Source of the DNA: Myxococcota bacterium
GTDB lineage: Bacteria; Myxococcota_A; Polyangia; Nannocystales; Nannocystaceae
Reading direction: 5' to 3'
NCBI GenBank assembly: GCA_039028615.1
Contig: JBCCHT010000008.1
Coordinates: 192,001 to 256,000 of the forward strand
Length of the DNA: 64,000 nucleotides
Shown here piece by piece: positions 17,021 through 25,437 of this stretch. Position 1 is the first letter of the stretch. Each line of letters starts with the position of its first letter. The translations under genes were made by a program, and so were the position numbers. A model generated the notes under the pieces. The model worked only from the letters and a program-made list of their open reading frames with translations. It was not told the DNA's origin and searched no databases.

Positions 17021-17560
17021 GACAAACCTCTGGGGGCAGGAGGTGTGGTGAATTGCAGAACGACCTCGCGCGCCGATGAAGGGGGCATCGACGACGGGGA
17101 CCCGCGACGCGCTGCGACCGGGGGCGGGTGCAGACGACGACCGCGATGGCACGATGGCCATGGGCTCGAGCGTGGGGGACGACGCGCCCGGGCACCGCAG
17201 ATGGGCCCGAGCTTGCGCATGATGTGCACGCGGCCGAAGGGCCGCGGGCGGCGGAAGGGTCAGGCCGCGAGCGTCAGACCCGGGCCGGAACCGAAATTGC
17301 CTGAGGAACGGTCAATTCATGCGCGAAAACAGGGATTTGGGTTTTGGTGGGGGACTTGATGGGCACAATGGCCGTGGATCACGACCGAATTCGCTTCTTT
17401 GCTTCCAAATCTAACAAACAACGTTTCAATTCAGCTGGGCTTTCACCCTCTAGTCGATCAGGGGGATCCACCTAATGGCACCCGGGGAGGCCCGGGATTC
17501 ATCGCGCGGGCGCTCCCTCTACCGCGCGGGGGTGAATGCAGCCGAAGCTATGGGGGGACA

Positions 17561-18709
17561 ATGAAATACGGATACGGATGGCTAGCGATGGTTTTGGCAC
17601 TCGCCGCGTGTGACGCGGACACGGATGCCAATGATGATGGCAACGACAGCGGCGCCGAGCAGTGCATGGTCGACGAGCCGCTGGTGGTGGATGCGCTGAG
17701 CGAGAGAAATTGTGTGCCGGCTTCAACTGATTACCAGCCGTTAACCGACGCCGAAAACGACGCCTGGCCCGCCTGTCTCCCCGATGACGGCGCCTATCAC
17801 CTCGTCGACGCCACCCCCAGCTCCATCGCGCGCGTCGAGGCGTTCGAGCAGATCATGGAGGCGCTGGCCGACGACTCGCCGAGCGCCGATGCGTTCACCG
17901 AGGCCCGCACGATCTACTCGATCGAAGAGGGCCTCGAGTCGCGGCTCGTTCGTCGCGAAGACCATCACTACGACCCGGTGCCCGAGGCCGATTGGGTCGA
18001 GGGTGTCGACGCGGACAAGCAGTGCACGGTCGAAGAGAACGTCGCGGCCTACCCCGAGCGCTGCGCGGGACCGGGACGCATCGCGCCGATCCTCAACGAG
18101 GCGTTCGCCGCCGGGCAGACCGGTGATGGCATCGCGGCCGTCAACAAGGCCCAGGTCGAGGCCGCGCTGCTGTGGTTCATCCACCTGTCGGTCTACAAAG
18201 AGGCCAACACCTGCCTGCCCAAGGGCAAGGACTGTGACTCCAGCTGGGCCTACTACACCGGTGGCCACGATCGAAACGGCGGCATCGGTCTGTCGCGCGT
18301 GGTCCAAGGCCACTCCGACCTCGCCCACCAGCGCATCTGGGACGGCTTCACCGCCTTCCGTTGCTGGCGCGAGCTGTACCCCGATGCCACGACCCTCGAG
18401 GAGCTGTCCGAAGACGGGGTCATGTTCCGCGAGATGGCCGATGCTCAGCTGAGCGAGGCCCTGTGGTACGGCTGGGCGCTCATCGTCCGCGATCGCCTCG
18501 AGCAGCTGGGCAACAGCTGCGGCGACCAAGCCGAGGCCAACTGGGCGTTCCTTCAGATCGCCGGCCCGGTGCTGAGCGAGCAAGCCGGGCGCGTCGACGC
18601 CAACGCCAACGGGTCGCTGACCTCCTTGTGGAGCCAAGCCGAGCCGCCCGCGGCCGAGGACGTGACCGCGGCCATCGCGACGATCGACTCGATCTTCGGC
18701 TGCGGCTAG
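17561..18709 (+). CDS. Lipoprotein, possibly FEA1/imelysin-like iron-uptake fold
   Basis: MKYGYGWLAMVLALAAC lipobox; CDSSWAYYTG resembles the WDExWAFY motif. The function is an inference. Confidence 0.65.
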   Translation: MKYGYGWLAMVLALAACDADTDANDDGNDSGAEQCMVDEPLVVDALSERNCVPASTDYQPLTDAENDAWPACLPDDGAYHLVDATPSSIARVEAFEQIMEALADDSPSADAFTEARTIYSIEEGLESRLVRREDHHYDPVPEADWVEGVDADKQCTVEENVAAYPERCAGPGRIAPILNEAFAAGQTGDGIAAVNKAQVEAALLWFIHLSVYKEANTCLPKGKDCDSSWAYYTGGHDRNGGIGLSRVVQGHSDLAHQRIWDGFTAFRCWRELYPDATTLEELSEDGVMFREMADAQLSEALWYGWALIVRDRLEQLGNSCGDQAEANWAFLQIAGPVLSEQAGRVDANANGSLTSLWSQAEPPAAEDVTAAIATIDSIFGCG

Positions 18710-18742
18710 CCACCGAATTCCCAATCCACCCGCATCCACTGG

Positions 18743-18782
18743 GGAGCGCTCGCACTTTGCGCGGGCGCTCCTTTCTTTTTTC
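18743..18782 (+). terminator. Intrinsic terminator
   Basis: GGAGCGCTCGC...GCGGGCGCTCC stem followed by TTTCTTTTTT. Confidence 0.8.
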
Positions 18783-18866
18783 GAAAATCGGTTAATGGAT
18801 TCGTGGCGCTGACGTGACCCACCCTCGTGAAGGCCCCTCGCGGGCCCCCACAGGACCCAACGACCC

Positions 18867-19895
18867 ATGACTCGAATCGCAACCTTGGCATCTCTGACCG
18901 TCACCCTCGCCCTGCCCGGGTGCGTCATCGACCATCAGCTGGGCGAGACCGCCGCAGACGGCTCCACCGGGGGCACGACCGGGGGCTCGACCGGAGACGG
19001 CGCCATGGAGGACGGCAGCTCGGCCGACCCCAGCGCCACGAGCGGGCAGCTCCCCACCGTCTCGAGCTCCGTGACGGCCAGCGGCGACGACTCCGGTTCG
19101 TCGATCACCGCAACCAGCGACGACGGCGGCATCCCCACCGAGACGGCCACCGACACCGAGGGCGAACCCAACTGCGAGGAGGACCCGCGGTACATCGCAT
19201 GGAACCAGGATTCCTTCGATGCACTGCCGGGCATCGAGGCCAGCTTTGCCGCTGCGCTGTCGGGAGACTGTCAGCTCACCAATGCCACCCAGGACCCCGG
19301 TGAGGGTCATCTGTGGGCGATGGAACTCGACTGCCTGCTCTCGGGCCATCTCGACGGTGACGACTCGATCGTCGACCAGGACTTCACCATCTCGCTCGAC
19401 GGCAGCTCCAGCGATCCCTGGATGAGCTGGATCGACGAGGTCGACGCCGAGAACCTCGAGCTCCGCGTCGTGCTCGATTGGTGGGGGATGGGCTGGAACC
19501 GCTATCTCGTGCTCAGCGACTCTTCTGGCGTGTTGCTGGACTTGGTCGCGGCCGAGTACGTCAATCCGACGCAGGAGGGCTCCCTGGTCGACCAAGCCGA
19601 AGAGCTGGTGAACGGCCAGGCATGGCACGGGGCGCTCGACGTCGACATCGTCGATTCCGATTGCACTCCCGGCGGGACCTTCTGCAATGACGAGCCCAGC
19701 GCGGTCGTGTTCGAGTCCCTCGACGGAGGGGACGCGGTCCAGCTGGAACCAAACCAAAGCACCGAGATCGCGACGACCGATCCGGATCGGGTGTATCAGG
19801 CCGCCGTCGTCACGGCGTTCCAGATCCCGCCGCCGGGATGCCCCGACACGCCCAACGGATCGTACGACTTCGCCCTGTGGGCGCTCGAGCTGTGA
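18867..19895 (+). CDS. Hypothetical acidic lipoprotein
   Basis: LALPGC lipobox, Ser/Thr/Gly linker, GC-biased codons. Confidence 0.75.
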   Translation: MTRIATLASLTVTLALPGCVIDHQLGETAADGSTGGTTGGSTGDGAMEDGSSADPSATSGQLPTVSSSVTASGDDSGSSITATSDDGGIPTETATDTEGEPNCEEDPRYIAWNQDSFDALPGIEASFAAALSGDCQLTNATQDPGEGHLWAMELDCLLSGHLDGDDSIVDQDFTISLDGSSSDPWMSWIDEVDAENLELRVVLDWWGMGWNRYLVLSDSSGVLLDLVAAEYVNPTQEGSLVDQAEELVNGQAWHGALDVDIVDSDCTPGGTFCNDEPSAVVFESLDGGDAVQLEPNQSTEIATTDPDRVYQAAVVTAFQIPPPGCPDTPNGSYDFALWALEL

Positions 19896-19919
19896 TCGCC
19901 CGCGCTGGGCGACGAGCGA

Positions 19920-20948
19920 TTGCCCGCTCGAGTGCCGCAACGGATACTCGGGTCTCGGGTGCTGGCTTCGTTCCTCTGCGCATGGTGCCTCGGCCCGGTC
20001 GGCACCTCGACTCCGGTGCAGACCCGCTGGGAGACCGTACCCGCGTGCGTCGACGCGGTGCGGGTCTCCCCCCGGGTCGTCGCGCTGATGGGCAGCGCAC
20101 CGGGCGAGCCGGTGCGGCTGTCGTTGGGTGCGGTGGAGCACGAAGAGGGCTGGCGGGTCTCGCTGGCGCTGGAGCGCGGGGACCTGTCGGTCACCCGAAC
20201 GCTCGAGGGCCGCGACTGCACCACGCTGACCGAGGCGGTGGCGTTGGTGGTGGCGGTGCAGCTCGACGCGGCTTCGGTGATCGAGCAGGTGCCCGTGCAG
20301 ACGGTCCGACCGCCGACCGAACGCCCCCGCGAAGCTCCGCCTGCCCCCGAACAGCGCCCGGCTCCGCCGCCCACGGTGTCCCCTCGGACGAGCGGGCCCG
20401 CGGATGCTCCCGTGCGTCCGCCGACCCGACGCTCGCGTCTCCGCGCGCACCTGGGAGCCTCGATCGCAGCCGAGCGCGGCATCTTGCCGGCTGCGGCCGC
20501 GTCGTTCGAGGTCAGCGCAGGCGTAGCCTGGCCTCACGCCCGCCTCGAGTTCGGTGCCCTCAGCTCGGTCGGCCCCGATGCCGCCGCCGCCACGCTGCCC
20601 TCGGTGGGCGGTCGCTTCCGACTCTTTGCGGGCACGCTGCGAGCCTGTGGGATCTTGGGCGAGCGCCGATTCCAGCTCCCGCTGTGCAGCACGGTGGAGC
20701 TGGGCGACCTGCGAGCGGTCGGCACCGGGTTGAGCACGCCCGAGACCATCGATGCCCTTTGGATCGCGCTGGGCGTCGGTGCGCGCCCGCAGTGGCGACT
20801 GGGGCCGAGGCTCGCGCTGGGTGGCCTCGTCGACGTGGTCTTGCCCGTACAACTGCATCGCTTCTCCACCGCCGAAGGGGGCCTCGTGCACGCAGTCGCC
20901 CCCGTGGCCACCCGCCTGGGCGTGGCCCTGTCGCTGCGGCTACCGTGA
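19920..20948 (+). CDS. Hypothetical exported protein of the kind found beside myxobacterial ECF genes (beta-rich C-terminus)
   Basis: RTLEGRDCTTLTEAVALVVAV motif, Pro-rich linker, amphipathic beta-strands; start uncertain. Confidence 0.6.
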   Translation: MPARVPQRILGSRVLASFLCAWCLGPVGTSTPVQTRWETVPACVDAVRVSPRVVALMGSAPGEPVRLSLGAVEHEEGWRVSLALERGDLSVTRTLEGRDCTTLTEAVALVVAVQLDAASVIEQVPVQTVRPPTERPREAPPAPEQRPAPPPTVSPRTSGPADAPVRPPTRRSRLRAHLGASIAAERGILPAAAASFEVSAGVAWPHARLEFGALSSVGPDAAAATLPSVGGRFRLFAGTLRACGILGERRFQLPLCSTVELGDLRAVGTGLSTPETIDALWIALGVGARPQWRLGPRLALGGLVDVVLPVQLHRFSTAEGGLVHAVAPVATRLGVALSLRLP

Positions 20949-20964
20949 CGGGAGCACGGCGCCC

Positions 20965-22164
20965 ATGACGTCTTCGAGCCCACCGGACGCCTCGATCGCG
21001 GCGTTGTTCGACGAGCACTGCGGCTTCGTGTGTCGGGTGCTGCGGCACCACGGGATCGACGACGCCACGCTCGACGACGCGGTGCAGGACGTGTTCGTCA
21101 CCGCATATCGACGATGGTCGAGCTTCGAGGGCCGCAGCAGCGCGCGCACCTGGCTGTTCGGCATCGCCCGTCGGGTCGCCGCCCGCTACCGTCGCTCGGC
21201 CAGCACCCGGGCCCGGCACCTGTCGACGACCGCCGCCGCCCAGGCCTCCGACGGCATCGACGAACCATTCGCCCGGGCCCAAGCCGCCCAGAGCCTCGAC
21301 GCGCTGCTCCAGGGCATCGACCGCGAAAAACGCTCGGTGTTCGTGCTGTGCGAGGTCGAAGGCATGACCGCGCCCGAGGTTGCCGAGGCGCTGGGGCTGC
21401 CCGTAGGGACCGTGTATTCGCGACTGCGCGCGGCCTGGCAGGGCCTCGGCCGCGAGGCGGATCGCGAGCAACGACGGCTGCGCCGCGAGCTGACCCGCAC
21501 CCGACCCGAACCCGCGCCCGAGCGACGCCGCCGCATGTGGGGCCTGGTCAGCGCCGGGCTGACACCCCTCCACGCGGCGCCGATCGCCACCTCGGCGAGC
21601 TGGCTGGCGCAGATCAAATGGGCCGCGATCGGCGGCGCGGTGGCAACTGGGGTGCTCGGTGCGCGTGTGGCCATGGTGCGCGAGGCAGAGCCCTCGCCGC
21701 GCCCTGCGACGGTCACCGCCGTCGCCCCCTCGGAGCCGGGCCGACGCCCGCGCTCCGCTCCGCCGCCGACCCGGGATCCCGCCCCTTCGATCGACCCCGC
21801 CGCACCGGTCATGACTGCCCGCCCCACTCCGTCGCGCCCCGCCGTGGCACGCCCCGACCCCGCCGTACCGACGCCCCACGCTGCCTCGACGCGAGCGGTG
21901 CGCCCTTCGGCACCCAGGCCCACGGAGACGCTGAACCAGGAACTGGTGCTGCTGCGCGGCGCTCAGCAGGCGATTCGCGAGGGCCGAGGCCCGGCTGCGC
22001 TCGAGCTGCTCGAACGCCACGCGCGACAGTTTCCCCGCGGCCAGCTCGCTGGTGAGCGCCGCACCGCACGAATCAACGCCCTTTGCGCATCGGGACGACC
22101 CGAGGACGCATCACGCGAAGCCGAGGCCCTGGGTCGCGACCCAGCGACGGCCTGCTCCTCGTGA
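20965..22164 (+). CDS. ECF sigma-70 factor with a long C-terminal extension (TM segment, Pro linker, TPR-like tip)
   Basis: DDAVQDVFV, FEGRSSARTWLFGIARR (region 2); EVAEALGLPVGTVYSRLR (region 4); ELVLLRGAQQAI...HARQFPRGQLAGER. Confidence 0.85.
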   Translation: MTSSSPPDASIAALFDEHCGFVCRVLRHHGIDDATLDDAVQDVFVTAYRRWSSFEGRSSARTWLFGIARRVAARYRRSASTRARHLSTTAAAQASDGIDEPFARAQAAQSLDALLQGIDREKRSVFVLCEVEGMTAPEVAEALGLPVGTVYSRLRAAWQGLGREADREQRRLRRELTRTRPEPAPERRRRMWGLVSAGLTPLHAAPIATSASWLAQIKWAAIGGAVATGVLGARVAMVREAEPSPRPATVTAVAPSEPGRRPRSAPPPTRDPAPSIDPAAPVMTARPTPSRPAVARPDPAVPTPHAASTRAVRPSAPRPTETLNQELVLLRGAQQAIREGRGPAALELLERHARQFPRGQLAGERRTARINALCASGRPEDASREAEALGRDPATACSS

Positions 22165-22225
22165 TTCGTGGGCTTCTGGAGGGATCTTAGCCTTGCAAAA
22201 CTCACTCTGCTACCCTGCCCCCGTG

Positions 22226-22864
22226 ATGCCTTGGATTCGCGTTCTCTCGCTGTCGATCGCTGCGCTGGCCCTGGGCGCGGGCTGCCAGAACAACACGATC
22301 CAGCTCGAGTTCGACACGGACGGCAACCCGCCGATGACCGACGACTCGACCGGCGACGACGACGGTTCGATGACCACGACGCTCACCACCGCGGCCGAGT
22401 CGTCGACCGGAGCTCCGGTTGGCTCGAGCACCTACCTCCTCGCGGTGAGCACGCCGCTCGACCCCAGCCTGCCCTTCCAGGGCCTGGTGACCATCACCGA
22501 ACAAGCCGGGACCATCGACCTGTCCGTGCAGTGGCTCAGCCTCGACATCGGCAGCCGCACCTCGCCGCGCGAGCTGGTCGGCACCGTGTACACCTACTCG
22601 ATTCCGATCGACGACACCGGGTTCATCTACTGGGACGCCGGGCTCATCGACATTCCCGCCGCCGCCAACCCGATCACGGGGCAGGACGTGACCACCTCGT
22701 TCCTGGCCGGCGCCACGCCCATCGGCGACCCCGCGTACTGCGGCGAGGTGGCGGGAGACATCGTGACCCCCGCGCCGCTGTCGCTCGCCGGGTCGACCCA
22801 CGCCATGACCGAGGTCGCCGGGACCGCCAACCTCCCGACCGACTTCCTCAGCTTCTGCCCGTAG
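22226..22864 (+). CDS. Hypothetical lipoprotein
   Basis: MPWIRVLSLSIAALALGAGC lipobox; IPAAANPITG motif. Confidence 0.75.
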   Translation: MPWIRVLSLSIAALALGAGCQNNTIQLEFDTDGNPPMTDDSTGDDDGSMTTTLTTAAESSTGAPVGSSTYLLAVSTPLDPSLPFQGLVTITEQAGTIDLSVQWLSLDIGSRTSPRELVGTVYTYSIPIDDTGFIYWDAGLIDIPAAANPITGQDVTTSFLAGATPIGDPAYCGEVAGDIVTPAPLSLAGSTHAMTEVAGTANLPTDFLSFCP

Positions 22865-22873
22865 CCGCGTCGC

Positions 22874-23287
22874 ATGGCCCGCGCTCCCATCATCCCGGCC
22901 ATTCGCTACCGGGATGCCCCGGCCGCGATCGAGTTTCTGTGCGAGGCCTTCGGCTTCGTTCGCCACCTCGTCGTGCCCGGTGAGGGCGACACCATCGCGC
23001 ACGCGCAGCTGCGGCTCGGCCACGGGATGATCATGGTGGGCAGCGCCCGCGAAGACGAGTTCGGTGCGCTCAACGTCGGGCCCGCGCAGGCCGGCGGCGT
23101 CACCCAGAGCGCCTACGTGGTGGTCGAGGCCATCGAGGCCCACTACGCGCGCGCCAAAGCGCACGGGGCCGAGATCGTCATGGACCTCGAGGACCAAGGC
23201 GGCCGCGGACCGCTGTACGTCGCACGAGACCCCGAGGGGCACGTGTGGAGCTTCGGTTCCTACGACCCTTGGGCGGGCGTCGAGTGA
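22874..23287 (+). CDS. VOC/glyoxalase/bleomycin-resistance (PhnB-like) protein
   Basis: YRDAPAAIEFLCEAFGF, HAQLRLG, ARAKAHGAEI, RDPEGHVWSFG. Confidence 0.9.
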   Translation: MARAPIIPAIRYRDAPAAIEFLCEAFGFVRHLVVPGEGDTIAHAQLRLGHGMIMVGSAREDEFGALNVGPAQAGGVTQSAYVVVEAIEAHYARAKAHGAEIVMDLEDQGGRGPLYVARDPEGHVWSFGSYDPWAGVE

Positions 23288-24318
23288 CCAACGTGCCGCC
23301 TCGAGCGCTGGTCGACGCCCCCGAGGACGCAGAGGCCTTTCGGGCCCATGCCGCCGTCCTCAAGGCGCGAAACGATCCGCGGGGCGAGTTCATCGAGCTC
23401 CAGCTCCAGCTGGAAGACGAGACCCTCGACGACGACACCCGCACCGAGCTGGCCACCCGGCAGGCCGACCTCCTCCACGCCTGGAAGCACGAGTGGCTCG
23501 GTGCGCTGTTCGAGTTCTTCGGCGACGAGGACATCGGCTACGGGTTTCGTCGCGGGTACCTCGACAACCTGGGCGCCGACCTCACCGATACACAGCTCGG
23601 GCAACTCGGCGAGCACCGCTTGCTTCGCGAGCTGTGGCTCCACGGCAGCGAGGTCACCGACGCGGGCGTGGCCCACCTGCGGGGGCTTCCCGGGCTGCGT
23701 ACGCTGGCGCTGAAGGCCAGCGGCGCCACCGATGCCGGCCTCGCGATCGTCGGAGAGCTGACGACCCTGCAGTCGCTCTACGTGTCTCGTCGGCGGGCGA
23801 CCGATCCCTTGTCCTTCAGCGCCGCGGGTATCGAACACCTGCGGGGCCTCACCGGGCTTCGCGATCTATCTCTGAGCGGACTGCCGGTCGCCTACAGCTT
23901 GGCCCACCTGCGGGGGCTCACCGCGCTCGAAGACCTGGACCTGTCGAAGACCTGCGTGAACGACACGGATCTGCCGCCCCTGGCCGGCTTCACCTCGCTG
24001 CGGCGCCTCGAGCTATCGGAGAACGCGGTGACGGACGCGGGATTGGTTCACCTGCGGGAGCTGTCGTCGCTCGAGCACCTGTCGCTGGCGCGGACCGAGA
24101 TCACCGACGCCGGGTTGGCCCACCTGCGGGAGCTTTCTGCTCTGCAGTCGCTGTCGCTATGGGACGACGCGATCACCGACGACGGGCTCGTGCACCTGCG
24201 CGAGCATGCTGCACTCACCAATTTATCGCTGGTGAGCACCCGGGTGACCAAGCGGGGCGTGGACGAGCTGAAGGCCCACCTGCCCGGCTGCAAGATCGAC
24301 ATGTGGATGGCCTTTTAG
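23284..24318 (+). CDS. Leucine-rich repeat protein with an N-terminal TIGR02996-like domain
   Basis: DPRGEFIELQ, then about 9 repeats of the 24-aa type LxxLxLxxxxITDAGLxHLxxL; GTGA overlap. Confidence 0.85.
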   Translation: MTNVPPRALVDAPEDAEAFRAHAAVLKARNDPRGEFIELQLQLEDETLDDDTRTELATRQADLLHAWKHEWLGALFEFFGDEDIGYGFRRGYLDNLGADLTDTQLGQLGEHRLLRELWLHGSEVTDAGVAHLRGLPGLRTLALKASGATDAGLAIVGELTTLQSLYVSRRRATDPLSFSAAGIEHLRGLTGLRDLSLSGLPVAYSLAHLRGLTALEDLDLSKTCVNDTDLPPLAGFTSLRRLELSENAVTDAGLVHLRELSSLEHLSLARTEITDAGLAHLRELSALQSLSLWDDAITDDGLVHLREHAALTNLSLVSTRVTKRGVDELKAHLPGCKIDMWMAF

Positions 24319-25424
24319 GGGTAGTGCGCGACGAGCTGGAGATCGTCGAAGTAGGCGTCGCAGAAGTTCCCCGCCGACTTGCGGCAGCACAGCTCGACCT
24401 GGATGAAGCGGGTGCCCTCGGGCGCGGGTCGCTCGTCATCGAACGAGGTCCACTCGTCGTCGAGGTTCCACTCGGAATCCCACGACTCGGACACCGCCAT
24501 CATCTCGTCGCGGTAGTGCACCAGCATGCGACCTTCGTCGTTGGCGACCTGGAGGCTTCGAACCTGCCCCGCGAATGAAAACCGCATCAGCCCCATGTCG
24601 ATGGTCGATGCCCACGCCGAGACGTCGACCGTCTGCCTCAAGTACAAGGGGGTGTCGTTGGGGCCGGTGTCGGCCCCGATGAAGTTGGATCCTTCGACCG
24701 GATCGACGTCCCCGAAGGGCTCGAAGGTCGCCCACTCGCCCGTGCCGTCGCTGGTCCAGCCGGGCGGGGGACTCCCCACCATCTCGCCGCCGGGATTGAC
24801 GAGCAGGTTGGCGCTGCTGCCCGTGCCGCCGCCCGCCAAGGGCCGCGTGACGTCGGGCCCCTGGTCATAGGCCAGCGCCAGCATCACCGCGTGCAAACCG
24901 ACCTCCATGGGCGTGAACGCGACGCTGACCGTGCAGGTATCGTCCACGTCGAGCGTGTCGCCACAGCTTCCCAAGAGCCCGGGGAACTCGCCGCCCTCGT
25001 AGGCAAAGTGCGGGGACAAGGGGAGCCCGGTGAGGCCGGTGGCCATGCCGTCGCCGACGTTGGTCACCGTGAACGAATGGAGGAGTGACTCGCCCAAGAC
25101 GACGTCACCGAAGTCGTAGACCGGCCCGTCCGAGATCTCGAGCTGCGGGACCCCGGACGCGGTCGTGCCCTCGGTCGTCGCGGACGGCGAGCCCGAGCTC
25201 GACGTTTCGCCGCCCGTGGCGTCGTCGGCCTCGTCGGTCGTCCCCGAGCCCGGGTCGGGGGTCATCGACGTGGTCGCGTTCGGCGAGGCCCCTCCGCTGG
25301 AGCCCGAGCCGCCGTCGAGCCCCGAAGGGGGCGGACCGGGCTGCCCGATGCAGGCGACGATCGAGGCCAATGACGCGATCGGAGCGACGGCTCCGAACCT
25401 CCAAGACCTGCTTCGCCGCCCCAC
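24315..25424 (-). CDS. Lipoprotein with an Ig-like (choice-of-anchor D-like) domain and a jelly-roll carbohydrate-binding-like domain
   Basis: SIVAC lipobox; YDFGDV..FTVTNVG..CTVSVAFTP; NLLVNPGGE..LRQTVDVS..AYFDDLQL. Confidence 0.7.
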   Translation of the reverse strand: MGRRSRSWRFGAVAPIASLASIVACIGQPGPPPSGLDGGSGSSGGASPNATTSMTPDPGSGTTDEADDATGGETSSSGSPSATTEGTTASGVPQLEISDGPVYDFGDVVLGESLLHSFTVTNVGDGMATGLTGLPLSPHFAYEGGEFPGLLGSCGDTLDVDDTCTVSVAFTPMEVGLHAVMLALAYDQGPDVTRPLAGGGTGSSANLLVNPGGEMVGSPPPGWTSDGTGEWATFEPFGDVDPVEGSNFIGADTGPNDTPLYLRQTVDVSAWASTIDMGLMRFSFAGQVRSLQVANDEGRMLVHYRDEMMAVSESWDSEWNLDDEWTSFDDERPAPEGTRFIQVELCCRKSAGNFCDAYFDDLQLVAHYP

Positions 25425-25437
25425 CTCGGCTCGAATG

